Shown one piece after another: positions 10,240 to 20,144 of a DNA stretch of 64,000 nucleotides (positions within the stretch are counted from its first letter, which is position 1; every line of letters starts with the position of its first letter). The notes under the pieces are model-generated. The model worked only from the letters and a program-made list of their open reading frames with translations, was not told the origin of the DNA and made no database searches. This DNA is from Longimicrobiales bacterium. GTDB taxonomy: Bacteria; Gemmatimonadota; Gemmatimonadetes; Longimicrobiales; Gaopeijiaceae. The DNA lies in NCBI GenBank assembly GCA_965219445.1, contig CBDCNQ010000005.1, positions 288,001 through 352,000 of the forward strand, written 5' to 3'. The position numbers and the translations under genes are program-made.

Positions 10240-11708
10240 ATACCTTCACCCTTACTAGGCGCAGTTTATTGAAGCGCGCGGTCGCCGCCGGGGGCATCGT
10301 CGCGATGCCGGGGGCATCGCCTCCCCTCGCCCGGGCGCGGAAGCTACAGCAGGTAGAAGGAACACCAGCGCAGGAGGCCAATGCTGCGCTGGCACTGGCT
10401 CGAATTCTCAACCCGACGAGATTCGAAGATCTACCGCCGGTAGCGGTCGAGCACGCCAAGATGATCATCGCCAGCACCCTGGCCAGCGCCGCACCCGGAT
10501 CACTCATCGGGTCGGCTCGTATGGTCCGCGAGCTGGCGGAGGAGCACGGCGGTAGGCCGGAGGCCACAGTCTGGTTCGATGGCGCGAGGTTGCCAGCGCA
10601 TGAGGTCGCGCGAGTCAACGCGATACTCAGCGATGCCGCCGCGTCGGATGACAGTGACATGCGCAACACGGCCCACTGCGGTACGACCCTTGCCTCGGTG
10701 GGGCTGTCCGTCGCCGAGCGCACGGGCGCCACGGGGCAGGATCTGCTTCTGGCTATGGTAACTGGCTACGAGGCGGCGGGTCGGATCGGCGAGGCGCGGG
10801 TGGGGGGGAGAGGCGGTGTCCACGCCTCCCAGCTCGTCGCCTTCGGCGGGGCCGTCGCGGCAGCGAAGCTCTTGAAACTGACGGACGAGCAGATGGCCCA
10901 CGCGATCGGGATCACTGCGATCACACAGGGCGGCCTCTCGATAGGGACCAACAGCTGGGCGCGGGAGTACATGGCGGCGAATGCAGCGCTCTGCGCCGTC
11001 AACGCCGCGCTGGCGGCGGACCGCGGTTTTACGGTCAACGAGAATATTCTCGATCCGCCGCGTGGCTTTGTGGGGGTCTATGGCGGTGGCAATGTCGAAA
11101 GCCTGACGCGCGATCTCCAGGAGTGGGACATCGTCAGGTATCTGGCGATCAAGCTCTGGCCCGGCGCCCATCCGTTTTCGGGTACCGTGGAAGCGGCGGT
11201 CGATGCTGCCCGGCAGGCGGACGTGCAGCCGGAAGACGTGGCTCAGATCCTGGTTTCTGGTCGGAACCGGACGACAGTGAGTGGCAGCCGGCGCCCCCAG
11301 GACCTGATCGAGGCAATCCACAGCCTGCCGTACTTCGTCGCCTCCGCCGTGGCCGACAAGGACTTTTCCTGGGTCCATGCGACGTCGGCGAAGATCCACG
11401 ACCCGGTGATCGGTATGCTCATGGACCTGGTCGACGTCGACCCATCCCCGCCACCGGTCAATTACGAGTGGAATTGGGGTGGCACGGTCACGATAGTAAC
11501 GAACTCCGGAGACAGGCACACCAGCACGGTCGATGCGCCGCGAGGGTCCGGGCCACGCGGCATCGAGTGGAGCGATGTCGACGCCAAGTACCGGGCTCTC
11601 ATGCCGGACTCCGGTCTGCCCACTAGCCGTATCGAGGAAGTCTTGAATGTGATCCACGAGTTCGAAGGCGTGGAAGATGTCTCAGAGCTGACGACCCTGC
11701 TCAGCTGA
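10236..11708 (+). CDS. MmgE/PrpD family protein with Tat signal
   Basis: TRRSLLK; FEDLP; GYEAAGRI; IKLWP; VDAPRGS. Confidence 0.85.
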   Translation: MNTFTLTRRSLLKRAVAAGGIVAMPGASPPLARARKLQQVEGTPAQEANAALALARILNPTRFEDLPPVAVEHAKMIIASTLASAAPGSLIGSARMVRELAEEHGGRPEATVWFDGARLPAHEVARVNAILSDAAASDDSDMRNTAHCGTTLASVGLSVAERTGATGQDLLLAMVTGYEAAGRIGEARVGGRGGVHASQLVAFGGAVAAAKLLKLTDEQMAHAIGITAITQGGLSIGTNSWAREYMAANAALCAVNAALAADRGFTVNENILDPPRGFVGVYGGGNVESLTRDLQEWDIVRYLAIKLWPGAHPFSGTVEAAVDAARQADVQPEDVAQILVSGRNRTTVSGSRRPQDLIEAIHSLPYFVASAVADKDFSWVHATSAKIHDPVIGMLMDLVDVDPSPPPVNYEWNWGGTVTIVTNSGDRHTSTVDAPRGSGPRGIEWSDVDAKYRALMPDSGLPTSRIEEVLNVIHEFEGVEDVSELTTLLS

Positions 11709-11745
11709 TCCACCTATGTCAATTCTCTGTCGATGGAGGAGTACG

Positions 11746-13344
11746 ATGGGACAAGATCGAGATCTAGACCCTGACCTGGCAGCGGGATTAACCCCCAGCC
11801 TCACCCGGCGCAGCCTATTGCGGACGGCGCTTGCGAGCGGGGTCACCGTGAGTATGGCAGGCGCCTGGCCCGTTGACGCGTTCGGTCGAGAGCTTGAGCG
11901 GCGTGAGGGCGTCCCAGAAAGCTACCCCGAGCCACAGAGCGGACAGCTGGACTCTCTGGCGTCTCTCCAGCAGCAGGCGTCGTTGAGCCGAGAGCTCGCG
12001 CGTTGGGTCGCTGATCTGCGCTACGAGGATCTGCCTGCTGCCGTGGTCGACCGCGCCAAGGGGGTCACCCTCCAGGCACTCGCGTCTGTGCTGCTCGGAT
12101 CCGAGTCAGGCCGGGGCCAACAGTCCGTCGATCTCATCACGGAGGAGGAAACCGGCGTGCGCAACGGTGCCACCATCATGGTGCACGGTACCAAGGTGAC
12201 GAAGGCTGGTGCCGCCTACGCCAATGCAGCGATGCTGGGCGCCGGGGGCAAGTGGGACACATTCCGCATGCTCACGCACCCGGGCACGAGCATCATTCCG
12301 TGCGCATTTGTGGCGGCGGAGAGCGCCGGCGCTTCGGGACGGGACTTCATGACCGGCATCGTAGCCGGCTACGAGGTCATGAACCGGATGTCGGCTGATT
12401 ACGTGCCGACGATGATTGCGCGCGGCTTCCACCCCAGCATGGTCTTCGGCACCTTCGGCGCCGCGGTGGCCGCCGCAAAAATCCTGGGCCTCACGGAGGG
12501 TCAGGTGCACGACGCGATCTCCCTGTGCGTGGCCCTGACCATCGGGGGCCGTGGGATCCGAGAGCACGGATCCGCGCGCAACGCCATGCTGGCGGTCGCG
12601 CTGGCACGGCAGCGTTCTGGCGGGGGCGGTGATTCTAGGGTCCTCGAAGGCGACGGAGGCTTCTACTGGGCCTACGCCGGCAACAATGAGGGACAGCTCA
12701 CCTATAGCTTCGTCGGTGACACGCAGACCAGCCTGGACAAGATCACCGCCAATCTCGGGGAAGACTGGCTCTTCCTGGAGACGCTCTACCGCATCTACTC
12801 GACCGCGGGATACAACATCGCGCACGTCGACGTCACGGCGCAGCTCTGCGAGGAGTACGATATCCGTTATGAGGACGTCGACCGGGTCGAGGCAGTCGTG
12901 AACTGGCTCGAGACGCAGTATCCGACCCCGGCGTTTCCAACTTCAAGACAAGACCTGGATGTGGAGCCCACACCGGGCAGCACCCGATACTATACCGCGT
13001 ATGGTGTCGTGCAGCGCGGTTTCCCACTCCTCGGTCTGCGTGGTGCCGCCGACCCGCCCGAGGTCCTGGACCTCATGAGGCGGGTGAAGATCATCCCGTC
13101 GAACCGGATGGGGCTCTTCGCACCGCGGATCACCATCTTCACCAAGGATGGAAGGAGCTACACGAAGCAGGGCACGGGACAGGAGTTCATATGGGACTTC
13201 GAGGAAGAGGTGCGACGCATTCGCGGCGTAGTCGACGGAATCCCCATTCCAGCTGCGCAGTTTGAAGAGATGATCTCGACGTGCCGCGATCTGGACCGGC
13301 AAGCCCGGGCCGACCGGCTCGTTCAGCTGACACTAAAAGTGTAG
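11746..13344 (+). CDS. MmgE/PrpD family protein with Tat signal
   Basis: GGAGGAG RBS; TRRSLLR; YEDLP; THPG; GYEV; GFHPS. Confidence 0.85.
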   Translation: MGQDRDLDPDLAAGLTPSLTRRSLLRTALASGVTVSMAGAWPVDAFGRELERREGVPESYPEPQSGQLDSLASLQQQASLSRELARWVADLRYEDLPAAVVDRAKGVTLQALASVLLGSESGRGQQSVDLITEEETGVRNGATIMVHGTKVTKAGAAYANAAMLGAGGKWDTFRMLTHPGTSIIPCAFVAAESAGASGRDFMTGIVAGYEVMNRMSADYVPTMIARGFHPSMVFGTFGAAVAAAKILGLTEGQVHDAISLCVALTIGGRGIREHGSARNAMLAVALARQRSGGGGDSRVLEGDGGFYWAYAGNNEGQLTYSFVGDTQTSLDKITANLGEDWLFLETLYRIYSTAGYNIAHVDVTAQLCEEYDIRYEDVDRVEAVVNWLETQYPTPAFPTSRQDLDVEPTPGSTRYYTAYGVVQRGFPLLGLRGAADPPEVLDLMRRVKIIPSNRMGLFAPRITIFTKDGRSYTKQGTGQEFIWDFEEEVRRIRGVVDGIPIPAAQFEEMISTCRDLDRQARADRLVQLTLKV

Positions 13345-13370
13345 TGCGTCCGTCCCTGAGGGTCGGAGCT

Positions 13371-14735
13371 TCAGCGGACGAGGCGCGTTTCAGGATACTG
13401 TGCGTACCATCCGAACCAGAACGCACGGTGGGAAGGTAGCCGTCGTAGGGATGTCTGACCGGGGCTGGTGAGGGCCACTTCGGTCAGCGTCCAACGCTCG
13501 CCGCTCTCGTCCCGGACTCCGTCTTGACCGTCCCAACGGGAGAACCGCCGGCCATGTGTTTCGTACACGCGGCTCGCACCGCTCTGGTCGGTCAACACGA
13601 CGAAATCAACGTCACCGAGCGAATCGTGATACACGGTCCGGCCTGCAAGGAATGCGACGGCGATGGCCAGCTGCTCCATAGGAACTTCGGAGAACCGCAG
13701 CGCGAGAACCTCGTCCTTGTTCTTGAGGCGCGTGTCTAGTTCGGGCACGGCGAACATGAGTTCGTCGGTATTGAAGTAGTCGCGGTACGCCGCCCCCTCG
13801 CTGTAGTCACGCTCATGCCCGGTATCGATCGACAGCACTTTCGTGCCTGGATGGCGCCGCCGCCACTCCCCCCATGTCGTGGTAACGACGAAGAGAGGCT
13901 CCAACTCGAGGTCGCGCTCCGCGAGAGGGCCCACGACTGGCCCGCCGGACAGTGTGGACCAAAGCGACCGAGTGGCATGGTCGTACATCAATTTGTTGGA
14001 ACGGTAGAGGAATCCGCTGGTGCCGAGTTCATGGTGTTCCCCGTCAATCGTCGATCGGTAGAGGATCATCGAACCGCAGAGGGTGCAGTACACACCTGTG
14101 AAGTGCTCGCCACCGATGGTGTCCTTGAACATCTCGTGCCAGGCCATGATGCGCTTGGGATATGCACGTTCATCCCCGTTGATCGCAATGCCGAACACGA
14201 TGTTGTCATCGTCCAAGTACCGGGCCCGACGGGCGTTGGTGAAAGCAGGCAGGTCAAGCGGCGGAATCCCGTCGCGCAACACGCCTCCCCATCGGATTTC
14301 GTCGAGACGGATCTTCGCCTCGAGACCGTCGTCGAAGTAGTCGCGGAAGCTCGGATCGGTAAGCCCGTACAGCGCCGCCTTGAACATCGAGTAATCGGGA
14401 TGCGTACCGGGATTCGCTGCCCAGATCCAATTCCACCACCCATCCATGTCTTGTCGGAAGGACTGTCCGGTGGCGCGCTCGAGCAACGCCAAGAGGCGAG
14501 GCTGATCGGTCCACCGGGCGAACCGGTGGAGCTCGACAAGTATGGCGGCATGGGAATCGTCCCACCCGTCCAGAATCATTCGCTCTGCGACCGCCGCTCG
14601 CTCGGGATCCGCGCGAAGGAGGTCGAAGAACGTCTGGATATCCGTCGCCTGTCCTCGAAGGGACGCGGGTATCAGGACGGGTATCAGGAGTAGGAGTAGG
14701 AGCACGGGTCTGGCTACCATGGTTGGACCCCTCAT
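13371..14735 (-). CDS. DUF3179-family secreted protein
   Basis: WGGVLRDGIP, AYPKRIMAWHEM, YCTLC, LMYDHATRSLW and FWFGW. Confidence 0.8.
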   Translation of the reverse strand: MRGPTMVARPVLLLLLLIPVLIPASLRGQATDIQTFFDLLRADPERAAVAERMILDGWDDSHAAILVELHRFARWTDQPRLLALLERATGQSFRQDMDGWWNWIWAANPGTHPDYSMFKAALYGLTDPSFRDYFDDGLEAKIRLDEIRWGGVLRDGIPPLDLPAFTNARRARYLDDDNIVFGIAINGDERAYPKRIMAWHEMFKDTIGGEHFTGVYCTLCGSMILYRSTIDGEHHELGTSGFLYRSNKLMYDHATRSLWSTLSGGPVVGPLAERDLELEPLFVVTTTWGEWRRRHPGTKVLSIDTGHERDYSEGAAYRDYFNTDELMFAVPELDTRLKNKDEVLALRFSEVPMEQLAIAVAFLAGRTVYHDSLGDVDFVVLTDQSGASRVYETHGRRFSRWDGQDGVRDESGERWTLTEVALTSPGQTSLRRLPSHRAFWFGWYAQYPETRLVR

Positions 14736-15100
14736 GGCCCAAGCGCCCGTTCGACCGCGCCGACGAGTTGCCTGAACTCGAAGGGCTTCATGATGATCTC
14801 GGCTGCGCCAAGAGCTGAGGCCTTCAAGAGGAGCTCGTCTTTCGCAATCGCACCGCCGCCCGAGACCGCAATGATCGGGACCTCTGGGTGCAGCACCCGG
14901 ATGGCCTCGATCACGTCGTGCCCATCCAAACCGGGCATGTTGATGTCGGTGAGAACCAAATCGGGTTGGCGTTTCCCGAAGAGCCGCAGGCCCTCTGCGC
15001 CGTCGAGCGCCTCCTCGACCTGGTGGCCTTCCCCGACGAGCATGTGTTTTACGAGCGTGCGGATTTCCTCGTCATCATCGATCACGAGAACGCGGGCCAT
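14732..15100 (-). CDS. Single-domain response regulator (receiver)
   Basis: VIDDD, LTDINMPGLDG, SG and KPF; ATGA overlap with the DUF3179 gene. Confidence 0.92.
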   Translation of the reverse strand: MARVLVIDDDEEIRTLVKHMLVGEGHQVEEALDGAEGLRLFGKRQPDLVLTDINMPGLDGHDVIEAIRVLHPEVPIIAVSGGGAIAKDELLLKASALGAAEIIMKPFEFRQLVGAVERALGP

Positions 15101-15160
15101 CGGTGGTCTCCTCGGCGGCTAGGGTGGAACTCGTTCGGGACAGGCTTCAGTCCCCGAATC

Positions 15161-16153
15161 TCAAAACACGGCGAGAGGGTTCAGCGGAGAACCCGTGCCG
15201 CCAGGGATCGCGAGCGGCGCGAGCATCAGCAGGAACTCCGACCGGTCTCTCTCGGCCGCCGCTGCGCCGAGCGCCTCGAGGTCACAGTTATCGAGCATGT
15301 GGATCCCAAGATGCAGGATGGCGAAATCGTGCACAGCCCCGGGCAGGTTCGAAGGCGCCACATACGCCGGATGGTCACTTCCCAGTAGCGCCACATCCCG
15401 ATCTTTCAACCACGGAATCACGGATGGGTGGAGACCGGCCGACCGACCACCCTCGCGTCGGCCGCGAAGCCATGGTCCTTCGGCCTCGCGTCGAGCCCAG
15501 ACGCCTGTGCGAATGAACAGCGCGTCACCCGAGGAGATTCGCACCCCGGTTTGCTCTTCCCAAGCCTCCAGATCCTCCACGTAGATCGGAGTGCCCGGTT
15601 CGAGATACGGTAGGCCCCTGAACCTTGGAATGTCGATCAGGACGCCACGGGTGAGGACGCCGTCTTTGAGGTTGTGGATCGAGCTCTTCTCGTGACCACT
15701 TTCGAGAGTCACGTCGGCGTCGGGCGTGTACCCATTGAAGAAAGTCCCGCCGTCGTTCACATGAGCCAGGGCGTCCACATGAGTGTGGGAGATGCCGTGA
15801 TAACGCAAGCGAAGCTGGTCCGAGCTGATAGAGAGCATCTCGTGCTCATACGGGTAGGGATTGTCGACGGCCTGGACCGTATTTGCGTCCAGCGCTAGCG
15901 ACACTGAAACCCCCTCCCGCGCCAGTGCCAGTGCCTCCAAGCGCTTCTCTGGCGTGATCAGGTTCAGGGCCCCGATCTCATCGTCCACCCCCCATCGCCC
16001 CCAGTTGGACAGGTCCACCTTCCACTGTTCATACTCGGCGGGGCTGACATCCCTATTGGAACCAACATCCGGCAGTTGCCCGGAGGCGGGTCGGGATAAG
16101 GCGATGACCGAAATCAGTGGTACCAGGGAAAATCTGGTGAGCAGCCTCATCAT
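15161..16153 (-). CDS. Cyclase / kynurenine formamidase-like metal hydrolase, secreted
   Basis: NWGRWG..DEIGALN; HTHVDALAH; GTGSPLNPLAVF. Confidence 0.85.
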   Translation of the reverse strand: MMRLLTRFSLVPLISVIALSRPASGQLPDVGSNRDVSPAEYEQWKVDLSNWGRWGVDDEIGALNLITPEKRLEALALAREGVSVSLALDANTVQAVDNPYPYEHEMLSISSDQLRLRYHGISHTHVDALAHVNDGGTFFNGYTPDADVTLESGHEKSSIHNLKDGVLTRGVLIDIPRFRGLPYLEPGTPIYVEDLEAWEEQTGVRISSGDALFIRTGVWARREAEGPWLRGRREGGRSAGLHPSVIPWLKDRDVALLGSDHPAYVAPSNLPGAVHDFAILHLGIHMLDNCDLEALGAAAAERDRSEFLLMLAPLAIPGGTGSPLNPLAVF

Positions 16154-16276
16154 TGGTCCTCCGCTAGTGTGGCGCGATTCTGGAAGAGACTAGCGCCGAA
16201 TCGTGAAGTGAGAAAGTATGGATGGTGACGGCGCTCAGGTTGCGTCTCGTGTTGTGGACCTTTGCTGGAGGATCTC

Positions 16277-16555
16277 GTGAAGCTCAACCTCAAAGCACTC
16301 ACCATTGCGTCGGCGATCGCGTGGGGCGGTTGCTTCCTGCTCGTCGGAGTGGCCAACGTCATTTGGCCCCCGTACGGCGAATCATGGCTGCAGTTGGGGC
16401 AGTCGATCTATCCTGGCTACAACGGGCCCGCCGGTTTCGGGTCGGTGATCATCGTGACCATCTACGCCGTGCTGGACGGAGCAGTGGCGGGGGCAGTGGT
16501 CGCGTGGCTGTACAACATGTTCGCCGGAGCGAAAGAAGGAACACCGGCGGTGTAG
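16277..16555 (+). CDS. Small two-TM membrane protein
   Basis: GGAGG RBS before GTG; two hydrophobic helices; SIYPGY and AWLYN. Confidence 0.7.
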   Translation: MKLNLKALTIASAIAWGGCFLLVGVANVIWPPYGESWLQLGQSIYPGYNGPAGFGSVIIVTIYAVLDGAVAGAVVAWLYNMFAGAKEGTPAV

Positions 16556-16677
16556 TGCGCGTCTACGGTATCCGCGGAGGCACGCAGGCTTCAAAGGGTG
16601 CATGACAACGGCTCACCACCTATGATCCGGTGAACCAGGTTTGATGCGTAGAATCGGCCTGAACAGGGGAGGGGTCT

Positions 16678-17187
16678 ATGCCGAATATCCTTGGAGCCTT
16701 GCTCGTGCTTGCGCAGGTGAGCTCGACTCCCATCCCGGCGCTCGATGTGACGGCCGCCGACATTCAAGCCACCTTGGAGAACGCGATCGAGAACGGCGAG
16801 ACGGACACGCCGATGAGCACCATCGATGCGGGCGGGCACCATGTCGGCGTCGCTCTCGTTTATCGGGGCCCGACGGCGAACGTCGTCGCCGGCACCATCC
16901 ACAGCGAAGTCACCGAGGTCTACAGCGTCCTCGAGGGCTCAGGCACATTGGTCACCGGTGGCGGCCTGATCGATCCGCGGCCGCGTGAGAACACGGCTCG
17001 CCGGCGCAGGGTGTCGGGGCCTGGGTGGACGGGTAGGGGCATGGAAGGTGCGGTGACCCGTCAGGTCGCCAAGGGCGACGTCATCATCATCCCAGCGGGC
17101 ACGCCACACTATTTCTCCGACATTCCTGAGTCGATTACGTATACGGTCGTGCGGATCGACCCGGGCCAGGGACTGACCCTCCACTAA
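16678..17187 (+). CDS. Secreted cupin-domain protein
   Basis: HSEVTEVY..LEGSG and GDVIIIPAGTPH; paralog of 55670. Confidence 0.8.
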   Translation: MPNILGALLVLAQVSSTPIPALDVTAADIQATLENAIENGETDTPMSTIDAGGHHVGVALVYRGPTANVVAGTIHSEVTEVYSVLEGSGTLVTGGGLIDPRPRENTARRRRVSGPGWTGRGMEGAVTRQVAKGDVIIIPAGTPHYFSDIPESITYTVVRIDPGQGLTLH

Positions 17188-17229
17188 CGTGCGAGCGGCT
17201 CGGGTCATCCCTGAGCACGGTGTAGTGTC

Positions 17230-17265
17230 TTGACACGATGTTCGTGTAACACGATATTCGTGTCA
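17230..17265 (+). promoter_or_regulatory. TA promoter with two palindromic operators; probable leaderless mRNA
   Basis: TTGACA(17230)-17 bp-GATATT(17253); ACACGA-N3-TCGTGT at 17233-17247 and 17249-17263; ATG at 17265 with no RBS. Confidence 0.75.
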
Positions 17266-17519
17266 TGCCTAGGCGACTCAAGAATGTCACGGTAACGCTG
17301 GACGAAGAGACCGCACATTGGGCCCGAGTCGAAGCGGCCAGGCGGGACACCTCCGTCTCGAAGCTCCTCGGCGAGATTCTGCAGACCGAGATGCGCCAAG
17401 AGGCCCAGTACGAGGCGGCAAAGCAGACCTATCTGGCCCAAGAGCCCGGGATTCATCGTGGTCAGGGCCAGTGCCTGCCCTCCAGGGACGAGCTACACGA
17501 TAGAAGTGCTGGGAGCTAG
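17265..17519 (+). CDS. RHH/CopG-type antitoxin
   Basis: KNVTVTLDEE..WAR..AA...SVS; ends SRDELHDR; directly upstream of a PIN gene. Confidence 0.8.
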   Translation: MPRRLKNVTVTLDEETAHWARVEAARRDTSVSKLLGEILQTEMRQEAQYEAAKQTYLAQEPGIHRGQGQCLPSRDELHDRSAGS

Positions 17520-17532
17520 AGGCGCTACGATC

Positions 17533-17976
17533 GTGACCGTCTTCGTCGATACCAACGTGCTCGTCTACGCCCGCGACCGGAGCGAGGGCGACAAGCAGCG
17601 GCGTGCGGCACAGTGGATGGCGCACCTCTGGGATACGGGCCTCGGACGGCTGAGCTATCAGGTCATCCAGGAGTATTACGTCACCCTGACGAGCAAGCTC
17701 GATCCACCTCGATCGACCGAGGACGCGCGAGAGGACGTCACGGCTCTGGGCGCCTGGAATCCAGTGGGCATCGATCAGCGCACCATCGAGGCCGCCTGGG
17801 AGGTCCAGGATCGTTACGGCAACTCGTGGTGGGATTCGCTCATCGTGGCGGCGGCCCTCCAATCGGGCTGCCGGTACCTACTGAGCGAAGACCTCCGGAG
17901 CGGCCAGGTGATCGATACGATGACGATCATCAGCCCGTTCGTTCAGGAGCCTGAGAAGATTCTTCCGGGTCTCTGA
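17533..17976 (+). CDS. vapC: PIN-domain (VapC-like) toxin
   Basis: VFVDTNVLVYA, QVIQEY, WWDSLI and LLSEDL. Confidence 0.88.
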   Translation: MTVFVDTNVLVYARDRSEGDKQRRAAQWMAHLWDTGLGRLSYQVIQEYYVTLTSKLDPPRSTEDAREDVTALGAWNPVGIDQRTIEAAWEVQDRYGNSWWDSLIVAAALQSGCRYLLSEDLRSGQVIDTMTIISPFVQEPEKILPGL

Positions 17977-18059
17977 CCAAGCGTTCGGGCGGCACCGTGG
18001 AGCTCATGCTTCGCGAGATGTTTGCCGCCCTCCGAACCCCCACCCGTCGCCGACCCGAT

Positions 18060-19013
18060 TCAATATCGTTCAGAACTCGGCGTGTACACTTCCACGACGT
18101 CGGTCTGTGCGAGACCCGCCTCCGGACCGCCCGCGATGACGTAGATCCGGTCGCCGATGGCGGCGGCGGCGAGGCCGTGTCGCGCCGTGGGCAGCTCAGG
18201 CAGCGATGTCCAGCGGTCTGTGATCGGATCGTAAACCTCGTGGTTGTCGAACACGCCCCTGGAGGTTTCACCTCCGTAGGTATGGATCCTCCCTCCCAGA
18301 GCAACCACCGCCAGGCCCCCTCGGCGGCTGGGCATGGGCGCTCGGGTCGTCCACGTGTTGCTGGCCAGATCGTAGGCCTCCACCAGGTCGAAATTGCGGT
18401 CGGCATTCAGCGGCCGTCCTCCCACGGCGTAGAGAAGGCCGTTCACAACGGCGGCGCCGAGATGGTCCCGCGGGGTGGGAATCGGCGCGCCGGATCGCCA
18501 CGTATCGGCGCTCGGATCGTAGATGGCGATGGCCTCGATGAGCATGCCGTTGTCATCGACACCTCCCACCACGATGAGCCGGCCATCCACGACCCCGACC
18601 GCGCTGGCGCCACGGGCCTGCGGGAGGGGCGCACGTTCCAGCCATCGATCGGCCGCTGCGTCGTACCGCCACAGGGTTGCCATTGCGCCGAATCCCGTCG
18701 GGCCGAAACCGCCCACGGCATAGAAGGAGCCGTTTACGACGGCCAGCGGCATATGGTGCCGGGGCTCCGGCACCGGTGAGATGGCCTCCCAGGCATCGGT
18801 GTCCGGATCATATCGATATGCTGCAGCAGTGGCGCTGTTGCTGGTGTCGAACCCACCGGCCACATAGATCTTCCCGTCCACGACGGCACCGTGCAGCTCC
18901 TGGAGCGGCTCGGATAGGGGTCGTGCCGTCGACCAGCTCAGGGCGTCGTCGGGATCGGTCGTGCAGCTAACCGAGAGTATCGCGACACCCAGCACCACGC
19001 GAAGGCGACTCAT
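18060..19013 (-). CDS. Kelch-repeat beta-propeller lipoprotein
   Basis: Six repeats of IYVxGG...YDPxxDxW; signal ending SVSC. Confidence 0.85.
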   Translation of the reverse strand: MSRLRVVLGVAILSVSCTTDPDDALSWSTARPLSEPLQELHGAVVDGKIYVAGGFDTSNSATAAAYRYDPDTDAWEAISPVPEPRHHMPLAVVNGSFYAVGGFGPTGFGAMATLWRYDAAADRWLERAPLPQARGASAVGVVDGRLIVVGGVDDNGMLIEAIAIYDPSADTWRSGAPIPTPRDHLGAAVVNGLLYAVGGRPLNADRNFDLVEAYDLASNTWTTRAPMPSRRGGLAVVALGGRIHTYGGETSRGVFDNHEVYDPITDRWTSLPELPTARHGLAAAAIGDRIYVIAGGPEAGLAQTDVVEVYTPSSERY

Positions 19014-19258
19014 GAGCTCAGTCATCCGAGCCGCCAAGCTCTGCAGGAATCGGGTTCTCAGGACTCTCGACGTCCCAGACGATGTTCGTGATCCACCATC
19101 GTCCACCGGCGACGCGACATCGGCAGGGTCAGCCGCCCCTATCGTCGAATTCTTGAAGTCCTCCGTTCTATCTAGCATGGGATTCCGCCTCGGTCTTGGT
19201 CGTCGCAAAGTAGCTCGATCCTTGCAGCCCGACACGCCTGAGACGCATGTTGTCTGTC

Positions 19259-19690
19259 ATGTCGGATCGCATCACCCAGGACCTTCCTCAGGCGCTCCAC
19301 GGCTTTCTTGAGCTGTTCAATGCGGGAGAGTACTGGGAGAGCCACGAGGTGCTCGAGGGCCCATGGCGCGAGGGGGGGAGCGACTTCTACCAGGGCTTGA
19401 TCCTCTACGCCAGTGCGTTCGTACACGCCCAGCGGGGCAACGCACGCGGCATCGGCGCGCAGCTCGAGAAGGCAGAGCGGAAGCTGGCCGGGTACCGGCC
19501 ATGCTACCTGGGTGTCGACGTCGATGCCGTGCTTGCCCACGCGGCCCGCTGCCGCGAGCTCGTCGAACGTCGTCGGGACGAGGACCCGCGTTCGTGGCTG
19601 GAAGTCGCCGACGTGCCTCACCTCGAGCTCGACAGACGGCTCGTGCGCGGGGACGAGCCAGAGCTCCGGCCACTACCGGATACTCGATGA
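19259..19690 (+). CDS. DUF309 family protein
   Basis: FNAGEYWESHEVLE..W and YQGLI. Confidence 0.8.
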   Translation: MSDRITQDLPQALHGFLELFNAGEYWESHEVLEGPWREGGSDFYQGLILYASAFVHAQRGNARGIGAQLEKAERKLAGYRPCYLGVDVDAVLAHAARCRELVERRRDEDPRSWLEVADVPHLELDRRLVRGDEPELRPLPDTR

Positions 19691-19735
19691 ACGGAGTGGC
19701 GTCCGACCTCTTCCTCTGGGCGCTACACTGAACGC

Positions 19736-20062
19736 ATGGGATTCCTGGACACGAGCGCCTTCCGTCGCTTCGCGGCGGATAAGATGCAGAAGATGAACCT
19801 GTTCGAGACGCCGCAGATGTTTTGCGATGTGTACTGTCTCGAGCCGGGCCAGGCGCAGAAGGTGCACGCACACCCCGGGGCCACGAAGTTCTACTACGTG
19901 ATCGAGGGCGAGGGCACCTTCACCATAGGGGATGCCACGCGCACCCTCGGGCCCGGCCGCCTCGCTTGGTCCGCGCCCGATGAAGCGCACGGAGTGGAAA
20001 ACCGCGGCACCCTGCAGCTCGTGGTGCTCGTCTCGATGGCGCCCAACCCGAACATCCCCTAG
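19736..20062 (+). CDS. Cupin domain protein
   Basis: PGQAQKVHAH, YYVIEG and HGVEN. Confidence 0.85.
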   Translation: MGFLDTSAFRRFAADKMQKMNLFETPQMFCDVYCLEPGQAQKVHAHPGATKFYYVIEGEGTFTIGDATRTLGPGRLAWSAPDEAHGVENRGTLQLVVLVSMAPNPNIP

Positions 20063-20144
20063 CCTGTTGACGGGCCGGGGCTCTGCGCACAGCATGTCTC
20101 AAACACCCAGCCAATAGGCTACAGACCCACGAGGCTTCAGAACG

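Noticed and set aside
13371..14735. Selenoprotein recoding in DUF3179
   Set aside because: The motif is ordinary CTLC and the ORF has no in-frame TGA.
16622..16655. GATCCGGTGAACCAGGTTTGATGCGTAGAA as another kinase stub
   Set aside because: Needs indels and several mismatches; not distinguishable from chance by eye.
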